The position numbers and the translations under genes were made by a program. A DNA stretch of 64,000 nt from NCBI GenBank assembly GCA_964057225.1, contig OZ059897.1, positions 3,906,001 to 3,970,000 on the forward strand, in the 5' to 3' direction. How positions within the stretch are numbered: position 1 is the stretch's first letter; the number at the start of each line of letters is the position of its first letter. Shown here one piece after another: positions 54,500-64,000 of this stretch. The notes under the pieces are model-generated. The model was not told the DNA's origin and searched no databases. It was given only the letters and a program-made list of their open reading frames with translations. This DNA is from Auanema rhodensis (Eukaryota > Animalia > Nematoda).

Positions 54500-57400
54500 T
54501 TTTTCAAACGATCATAACTAATTTTTGTATTAAGCGTTTATCAATGTAGTATAGTGCATTCGATGCGGATTTTTAAGCTGCGTTGATCTGTGTTATCAGA
54601 TTTGCGCTAGCTTAAAAATGCACCGAGATATCAACTGATATAGGTTCACACTTATATCCTCGATTTTCACCCTGAAGAATTAATTTTTTTCGTTGAATAA
54701 CATTGTCCATCGTCTTTGCCTTGAAAAAAGGAATCTAAAAACATCTACTTTTTGTGAAATTATTTAGAAATTTTTCGGGAAAATTTTTGTCACAATGTTT
54801 TTGGAAGCAATGTTGAGTGTACATGGGAACTCAGCATACACTAATGCATTATTTTTCAAACGATCATAACTAATTTTTGTATAGAGCGTTTCTCAATGTA
54901 GTATAGTGCTGTCGATGTGGATTTTTAAGCTGCGTTGATCTGTGTTATCAGATTTGAGTTAGCTTAAAAATGCACCGAGATATCAACTGATATATGTTCA
55001 CGCTTATATCCTCGATTTTCACACTGAAGAAATGATTTTTTCGTTGAAAAACATTGTCCATCGTATTCGTCTTGAAAAAAGGAATCTAAAAACATCTACT
55101 TTTTGTGAAATTATTTAGAAATTTTTCGGGAAAATTTTTGTCAAAATGTTTTTGGAAGCAATGTTGAGTGTACATGGGAACTCAACATACACTAATGCAT
55201 TATTTTTCATACGATCATAACTAATTTTTGTATAAAGCGTTTCTCAATGTAGTATAGTGCATTCGATGCGGATTTTTAAGCTGCGTTGATCTGTGTTATC
55301 AGATTTGCGCTAGCTTAAAAATGCACCGAGTAATCAACTGATATAGGTTCACACTTATATCCTCGATTTTCACCCTGAAGAATTAATTTTTTTCGTTGAA
55401 TAACATTGTCCATCGTCTTTGCCTTGAAAAAAGGAATCTAAAAACATCTACTTTTTGTGAAATTATTTAGAAATTTTTCGGGAAAATTTTTGTCACAATG
55501 TTTTTGGAAGCAATGTTGAGTGTACATGGGAACTCAGCATACACTAATGCATTATTTTTCAAACGATCATAACTAATTTTTGTATAGAGCGTTTCTCAAT
55601 GTAGTATAGTGCTGTCGATGTGGATTTTTAAGCTGCGTTGATCTGTGTTATCAGATTTGAGTTAGCTTAAAAATGCACCGAGATATCAACTTATATATGT
55701 TCACGCTTATATCCTCGATTTTCACACTGAAGAAATGATTTTTTCGTTGAATAACATTGTCCATCGTCTTCGTTTTGAAAAAAGGAATCTAAAAACATCT
55801 ACTTTTTGTGAAATTATTTAGAAATTTTTCGGGAAAATTTTTGTCAAAATGTTTTTGGAAGCAATGTTGAGTGTACATGGGAACTCAGCATACACTAATG
55901 CATTATTTTTCAAACGATCATAACTAATTTTTGTATAGAGCGTTTCTCAATGTAGTATAGTGCATTCGATGCGGATTTTTAAGCTGCGTCGATCTGTGTT
56001 ATCAGATTTGAGTTAGCTTAAAAATGCACCGAGATATCAACTGATATATGTTCACACTTATATCCTCGATTTTCACCCTGAAGAAATGATTTTTTCGTTA
56101 AAAAACATTGTCCATCGTATTCGTCTTGAAAAAAGGAATCTAAAAACATCTACTTTTTGTGAAATTATTTAGAAATTTTTCGGGAAAATTTTTGTCAAAA
56201 TGTTTTTGGAAGCAATGTTGAGTGTACATGGGAACTCAACATACACTAATGCATTATTTTTCAAACGATCATAACTAATTTTTGTATAGAGCGTTTCTCA
56301 TTGTAGTATAGTGCATTCGATGCGGATTTTTAAGCTGCGTTGATCTGTGTTATCAGATTTGCGCTAGCTTAAAAATGCACCGAGTAATCAACTGATATAG
56401 GTTCACACTTATATCCTCGATTTTCACCCTGAAGAATTAATTTTTTCGTTGAATAACATTGTCCATCGTCTTTGCCTTGAAAAAAGAAATCTAAAAACAT
56501 CTACTTTTTGTGAAATTATTTAGAAATTTTTCGGGAAAATTTTTGTCACAATGTTTTTGGAAGCAATGTTGAGTGTACATGGGAACTCAGCATACACTAA
56601 TGCATTATTTTTCAAACGATCATAACTAATTTTCGTATAGAGCGTTTCTCAATGTAGTATAGTGCTGTCGATGCGGATTTTTAAGCTGCGTTGATCTGTG
56701 TTATCAGATTTGAGTTAGCTTAAAAATGCACCGAGATATCAACTGATATATGTTCACGCTTATATCCTCGATTTTCACCCTGAAGAAATGATTTTTTCGT
56801 TGAATAACATTGTCCATCGTCTTCGTCTTGAAAAAAGGAATCTAAAAACATCTACTTTTTGTGAAATTATTTAGAAATTTTTCGGGAAAATTTTTGTCAA
56901 AATGTTTTTGGAAGCAATGTTGAGTGTACATGGGAACTCAGCATACACTAATGCATTATTTTTCAAACGATCATAACTAATTTTTGTATAGAGCGTTTCT
57001 CAATGTAGTATAGTGCATTCGATGCGAATTTTTAAGTTGCGTTGATCTGTGTTATCAGATTTGAGTTAGCTTAAAAATGCACCGAGATATCAACTGATAT
57101 ATGTTCACACTTATATCCTCGATTTTCACCCTGAAAAATTAATTTTTTTCGTTGAATAACATTGTCCATCGTCTTTGCCTTGAAAAAAGGAATCTAAAAA
57201 CATCTACTTTTTGTGAAATTATTTAGAAATTTTTCGGGAAAATTTTTGTCAAAATGTTTTTGGAAGCAATGTTGAGTGTACATGGGAACTCAACATACAC
57301 TAATGCATTATTTTTCAAACGATCATAACTAATTTTTGTATAGAGCGTTTCTCAATGTAGTATAGTGCATTCGATGCGGATTTTTAAGCTGCGTTGATCT

Positions 57401-60400
57401 GTGTTATCAGATTTGCGCTAGCTTAAAAATGCACCGAGATATCAACTGATATAGGTTCACACTTATATCCTCGATTTTCACCCTGAAGAATTAATTTTTT
57501 TCGTTGAATAACATTGTCCATCGTCTTTGCCTTGAAAAAAGGAATCTAAAAACATCTACTTTTTGTGAAATTATTTAGAAATTTTTCGGGAAAATTTTTG
57601 TCACAATGTTTTTGGAAGCAATGTTGAGTGTACATGGGAACTCAGCATACACTAATGCATTATTTTTCAAACGATCATAACTAATTTTTGTATAGAGCGT
57701 TTCTCAATGTAGTATAGTGCTGTCGATGTGGATTTTTAAGCTGCGTTGATCTGTGTTATCAGATTTGAGTTAGCTTAAAAATGCACCGAGATATCAACTG
57801 ATATATGTTCACGCTTATATCCTCGATTTTCACACTGAAGAAATGATTTTTTCGTTGAAAAACATTGTCCATCGTATTCGTCTTGAAAAAAGGAATCTAA
57901 AAACATCTACTTTTTGTGAAATTATTTAGAAATTTTTCGGGAAAATTTTTGTCAAAATGTTTTTGGAAGCAATGTTGAGTGTACATGGGAACTCAACATA
58001 CACTAATGCATTATTTTTCATACGATCATAACTAATTTTTGTATAAAGCGTTTCTCAATGTAGTATAGTGCATTCGATGCGGATTTTTAAGCTGCGTTGA
58101 TCTGTGTTATCAGATTTGCGCTAGCTTAAAAATGCACCGAGTAATCAACTGATATAGGTTCACACTTATATCCTCGATTTTCACCCTGAAGAATTAATTT
58201 TTTTCGTTGAATAACATTGTCCATCGTCTTTGCCTTGAAAAAAGGAATCTAAAAACATCTACTTTTTGTGAAATTATTTAGAAATTTTTCGGGAAAATTT
58301 TTGTCACAATGTTTTTGGAAGCAATGTTGAGTGTACATGGGAACTCAGCATACACTAATGCATTATTTTTCAAACGATCATAACTAATTTTTGTATAGAG
58401 CGTTTCTCAATGTAGTATAGTGCTGTCGATGTGGATTTTTAAGCTGCGTTGATCTGTGTTATCAGATTTGAGTTAGCTTAAAAATGCACCGAGATATCAA
58501 CTTATATATGTTCACGCTTATATCCTCGATTTTCACACTGAAGAAATGATTTTTTCGTTGAATAACATTGTCCATCGTCTTCGTCTTGAAAAAAGGAATC
58601 TAAAAACATCTACTTTTTGTGAAATTATTTAGAAATTTTTCGGGAAAATTTTTGTCAAAATGTTTTTGGAAGCAATGTTGAGTGTACATGGGAACTCAAC
58701 ATACACTAATGCATTATTTTTCAAACGATCATAACTAATTTTTGTATAGAGCGTTTCTCATTGTAGTATAGTGCATTCGATGCGGATTTTTAAGCTGCGT
58801 TGATCTGTGTTATCAGATTTGCGCTAGCTTAAAAATGCACCGAGTAATCAACTGATATAGGTTCACACTTATATCCTCGATTTTCACCCTGAAGAATTAA
58901 TTTTTTCGTTGAATAACATTGTCCATCGTCTTTGCCTTGAAAAAAGAAATCTAAAAACATCTACTTTTTGTGAAATTATTTAGAAATTTTTCGGGAAAAT
59001 TTTTGTCACAATGTTTTTGGAAGCAATGTTGAGTGTACATGGGAACTCAGCATACACTAATGCATTATTTTTCAAACGATCATAACTAATTTTCGTATAG
59101 AGCGTTTCTCAATGTAGTATAGTGCTGTCGATGCGGATTTTTAAGCTGCGTTGATCTGTGTTATCAGATTTGAGTTAGCTTAAAAATGCACCGAGATATC
59201 AACTGATATATGTTCACGCTTATATCCTCGATTTTCACACTGAAGAAATGATTTTTTCGTTGAAAAACATTGTCCATCGTATTCGTCTTGAAAAAAGGAA
59301 TCTAAAAACATCTACTTTTTGTGAAATTATTTAGAAATTTTTCGGGAAAATTTTTGTCAAAATGTTTTTGGAAGCAATGTTGAGTGTACATGGGAACTCA
59401 ACATACACTAATGCATTATTTTTCATACGATCATAACTAATTTTTGTATAAAGCGTTTCTCAATGTAGTATAGTGCATTCGATGCGGATTTTTAAGCTGC
59501 GTTGATCTGTGTTATCAGATTTGCGCTAGCTTAAAAATGCACCGAGTAATCAACTGATATAGGTTCACACTTATATCCTCGATTTTCACCCTGAAGAATT
59601 AATTTTTTTCGTTGAATAACATTGTCCATCGTCTTTGCCTTGAAAAAAGGAATCTAAAAACATCTACTTTTTGTGAAATTATTTAGAAATTTTTCGGGAA
59701 AATTTTTGTCACAATGTTTTTGGAAGCAATGTTGAGTGTACATGGGAACTCAGCATACACTAATGCATTATTTTTCAAACGATCATAACTAATTTTTGTA
59801 TAGAGCGTTTCTCAATGTAGTATAGTGCTGTCGATGTGGATTTTTAAGCTGCGTTGATCTGTGTTATCAGATTTGAGTTAGCTTAAAAATGCACCGAGAT
59901 ATCAACTTATATATGTTCACGCTTATATCCTCGATTTTCACACTGAAGAAATGATTTTTTCGTTGAATAACATTGTCCATCGTCTTTGCCTTGAAAAAAG
60001 AAATCTAAAAACATCTACTTTTTGTGAAATTATTTAGAAATTTTTCGGGAAAATTTTTGTCACAATGTTTTTGGAAGCAATGTTGAGTGTACATGGGAAC
60101 TCAGCATACACTAATGCATTATTTTTCAAACGATCATAACTAATTTTCGTATAGAGCGTTTCTCAATGTAGTATAGTGCTGTCGATGCGGATTTTTAAGC
60201 TGCGTTGATCTGTGTTATCAGATTTGAGTTAGCTTAAAAATGCACCGAGATATCAACTGATATATGTTCACGCTTATATCCTCGATTTTCACCCTGAAGA
60301 AATGATTTTTTCGTTGAATAACATTGTCCATCGTCTTCGTCTTGAAAAAAGGAATCTAAAAACATCTACTTTTTGTGAAATTATTTAGAAATTTTTCGGG

Positions 60401-63400
60401 AAAATTTTTGTCAAAATGTTTTTGGAAGCAATGTTGAGTGTACATGGGAACTCAGCATACACTAATGCATTATTTTTCAAACGATCATAACTAATTTTTG
60501 TATAGAGCGTTTCTCAATGTAGTATAGTGCATTCGATGCGAATTTTTAAGTTGCGTTGATCTGTGTTATCAGATTTGAGTTAGCTTAAAAATGCACCGAG
60601 ATATCAACTGATATATGTTCACACTTATATCCTCGATTTTCACCCTGAAAAATTAATTTTTTTCGTTGAATAACATTGTCCATCGTCTTTGCCTTGAAAA
60701 AAGGAATCTAAAAACATCTACTTTTTGTGAAATTATTTAGAAATTTTTCGGGAAAATTTTTGTCAAAATGTTTTTGGAAGCAATGTTGAGTGTACATGGG
60801 AACTCAACATACACTAATGCATTATTTTTCAAACGATCATAACTAATTTTTGTATTAAGCGTTTATCAATGTAGTATAGTGCATTCGATGCGGATTTTTA
60901 AGCTGCGTTGATCTGTGTTATCAGATTTGCGCTAGCTTAAAAATGCACCGAGATATCAACTGATATAGGTTCACACTTATATCCTCGATTTTCACCCTGA
61001 AGAATTAATTTTTTTCGTTGAATAACATTGTCCATCGTCTTTGCCTTGAAAAAAGGAATCTAAAAACATCTACTTTTTGTGAAATTATTTAGAAATTTTT
61101 CGGGAAAATTTTTGTCACAATGTTTTTGGAAGCAATGTTGAGTGTACATGGGAACTCAGCATACACTAATGCATTATTTTTCAAACGATCATAACTAATT
61201 TTTGTATAGAGCGTTTCTCAATGTAGTATAGTGCTGTCGATGTGGATTTTTAAGCTGCGTTGATCTGTGTTATCAGATTTGAGTTAGCTTAAAAATGCAC
61301 CGAGATATCAACTGATATATGTTCACGCTTATATCCTCGATTTTCACACTGAAGAAATGATTTTTTCGTTGAAAAACATTGTCCATCGTATTCGTCTTGA
61401 AAAAAGGAATCTAAAAACATCTACTTTTTGTGAAATTATTTAGAAATTTTTCGGGAAAATTTTTGTCAAAATGTTTTTGGAAGCAATGTTGAGTGTACAT
61501 GGGAACTCAACATACACTAATGCATTATTTTTCATACGATCATAACTAATTTTTGTATAAAGCGTTTCTCAATGTAGTATAGTGCATTCGATGCGGATTT
61601 TTAAGCTGCGTTGATCTGTGTTATCAGATTTGCGCTAGCTTAAAAATGCACCGAGTAATCAACTGATATAGGTTCACACTTATATCCTCGATTTTCACCC
61701 TGAAGAATTAATTTTTTTCGTTGAATAACATTGTCCATCGTCTTTGCCTTGAAAAAAGGAATCTAAAAACATCTACTTTTTGTGAAATTATTTAGAAATT
61801 TTTCGGGAAAATTTTTGTCACAATGTTTTTGGAAGCAATGTTGAGTGTACATGGGAACTCAGCATACACTAATGCATTATTTTTCAAACGATCATAACTA
61901 ATTTTTGTATAGAGCGTTTCTCAATGTAGTATAGTGCTGTCGATGTGGATTTTTAAGCTGCGTTGATCTGTGTTATCAGATTTGAGTTAGCTTAAAAATG
62001 CACCGAGATATCAACTTATATATGTTCACGCTTATATCCTCGATTTTCACACTGAAGAAATGATTTTTTCGTTGAATAACATTGTCCATCGTCTTCGTCT
62101 TGAAAAAAGGAATCTAAAAACATCTACTTTTTGTGAAATTATTTAGAAATTTTTCGGGAAAATTTTTGTCAAAATGTTTTTGGAAGCAATGTTGAGTGTA
62201 CATGGGAACTCAGCATACACTAATGCATTATTTTTCAAACGATCATAACTAATTTTTGTATAGAGCGTTTCTCAATGTAGTATAGTGCATTCGATGCGGA
62301 TTTTTAAGCTGCGTCGATCTGTGTTATCAGATTTGAGTTAGCTTAAAAATGCACCGAGATATCAACTGATATATGTTCACACTTATATCCTCGATTTTCA
62401 CCCTGAAGAAATGATTTTTTCGTTAAAAAACATTGTCCATCGTATTCGTCTTGAAAAAAGGAATCTAAAAACATCTACTTTTTGTGAAATTATTTAGAAA
62501 TTTTTCGGGAAAATTTTTGTCAAAATGTTTTTGGAAGCAATGTTGAGTGTACATGGGAACTCAACATACACTAATGCATTATTTTTCAAACGATCATAAC
62601 TAATTTTTGTATAGAGCGTTTCTCATTGTAGTATAGTGCATTCGATGCGGATTTTTAAGCTGCGTTGATCTGTGTTATCAGATTTGCGCTAGCTTAAAAA
62701 TGCACCGAGTAATCAACTGATATAGGTTCACACTTATATCCTCGATTTTCACCCTGAAGAATTAATTTTTTCGTTGAATAACATTGTCCATCGTCTTTGC
62801 CTTGAAAAAAGAAATCTAAAAACATCTACTTTTTGTGAAATTATTTAGAAATTTTTCGGGAAAATTTTTGTCACAATGTTTTTGGAAGCAATGTTGAGTG
62901 TACATGGGAACTCAGCATACACTAATGCATTATTTTTCAAACGATCATAACTAATTTTCGTATAGAGCGTTTCTCAATGTAGTATAGTGCTGTCGATGCG
63001 GATTTTTAAGCTGCGTTGATCTGTGTTATCAGATTTGAGTTAGCTTAAAAATGCACCGAGATATCAACTGATATATGTTCACGCTTATATCCTCGATTTT
63101 CACCCTGAAGAAATGATTGTTTCGTTGAATAACATTGTCCATCGTCTTCGTCTTGAAAAAAGGAATCTAAAAACATCTACTTTTTGTGAAATTATTTAGA
63201 AATTTTTCGGGAAAATTTTTGTCAAAATGTTTTTGGAAGCAATGTTGAGTGTACATGGGAACTCAGCATACACTAATGCATTATTTTTCAAACGATCATA
63301 ACTAATTTTTGTATAGAGCGTTTCTCAATGTAGTATAGTGCTGTCGATGTGGATTTTTAAGCTGCGTTGATCTGTGTTATCAGATTTGAGTTAGCTTAAA

Positions 63401-64000
63401 AATGCACCGAGATATCAACTGATATATGTTCACGCTTATATCCTCGATTTTCACACTGAAGAAATGATTTTTTCGTTGAATAACATTGTCCATCGTCTTT
63501 GCCTTGAAAAAAGAAATCTAAAAACATCTACTTTTTGTGAAATTATTTAGAAATTTTTCGGGAAAATTTTTGTCACAATGTTTTTGGAAGCAATGTTGAG
63601 TGTACATGGGAACTCAGCATACACTAATGCATTATTTTTCAAACGATCATAACTAATTTTCGTATAGAGCGTTTCTCAATGTAGTATAGTGCTGTCGATG
63701 CGGATTTTTAAGCTGCGTTGATCTGTGTTATCAGATTTGAGTTAGCTTAAAAATGCACCGAGATATCAACTGATATATGTTCACACTTATATCCTCGATT
63801 TTCACCCTGAAGAAATGATTTTTTCGTTGAATAACATTGTCCATCGTCTTCGTCTTGAAAAAAGGAATCTAAAAACATCTACTTTTTGTGAAATTATTTA
63901 GAAATTTTTCGGGAAAATTTTTGTCACAATGTTTTTGGAAGCAATGTTGAGTGTACATGGGAACTCAGCATACACTAATGCATTATTTTTCAAACGATCA
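54500..64000. repeat. Satellite sub-domain D (variable 4/6/8-mer higher-order repeat)
   Basis: The marker ttcaTacga with gtatAaagcg occurs at 55210, 58021, 59426 and 61535 (spacings of 8, 4 and 6 monomers). caactTatat, gatgcgAatt...aagTtgc and ctgaaAaatt are confined here. Confidence 0.78.

Larger units (their letters stand above)
41000..54500. repeat. Satellite sub-domain C (10-mer higher-order repeat with nested 5-mer)
   Basis: Variants gtcgatgTgg, cgttAaaaaac and tctcaTtgt begin here. cacacAtata, tttcGaacga, tggAaaTtca, tttCcggg and tttgAaagc are confined here. Confidence 0.8.
1..64000. repeat. Tandem satellite DNA array, 351-bp monomer, ~182.3 copies, single orientation, continuing past both window ends
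   Basis: Position 1 (gaaatttttcgggaaaatttttgtc) recurs at 352 and every ~351 bp up to 63901 (63900 = 182x351 + 18). ORF-track spacings are multiples of 351 plus or minus a few bp. Monomers differ only at a limited set of recurring sites. Confidence 0.99.

Noticed and set aside
266-54517. 34 near-identical 62/92-aa ORFs (MIFSLNNIVHRL...) as a tandem gene family
   Set aside because: Most monomers have TAG at codon 29 or lack the ATG, some have frameshifts, I recognise no domain, and the F/K/I-rich composition reflects A/T tracts. Variation shows no sign of codon-level constraint.
1-64000. CRISPR array or other repeat-spacer system
   Set aside because: There are no unique spacers; the entire 351-bp unit is repeated, and no cas or other genes are present.
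1-64000. Transposon insertion, inversion or telomeric repeat within the array
   Set aside because: Monomer phase is continuous with only +18 bp net drift, and no foreign or reverse-oriented sequence was seen.

Overview
The whole 64-kb window is one uninterrupted, head-to-tail satellite DNA array of a 351-bp monomer, about 182.3 copies, all in the same orientation. Hand counts on the first monomer give about 32% GC and no CpG depletion. It looks like eukaryotic (probably invertebrate) heterochromatic or centromeric satellite; I cannot identify the species or family. There are no credible genes, transposon insertions or CRISPR spacers. The 62/92-aa ORFs are by-products of the repeat and switch on and off with one TAG/TAT/CAT/CAG site. 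Structure lies at two scales. (1) Between monomers: diagnostic variants define four sequential sub-domains (about 1-32.6k, 32.7-40.9k, 41-54.5k, 54.5-64k) with irregular higher-order repeats, including a 10-mer (3511 bp) in three copies with a nested 5-mer duplication. (2) Within the monomer: a ~67-bp imperfect hairpin, several smaller dyads, phased T5/A3-4 sub-repeats, and a speculative hammerhead-ribozyme-like core (CTGAAGA-stem-GAAA) that is complete in only four monomers.
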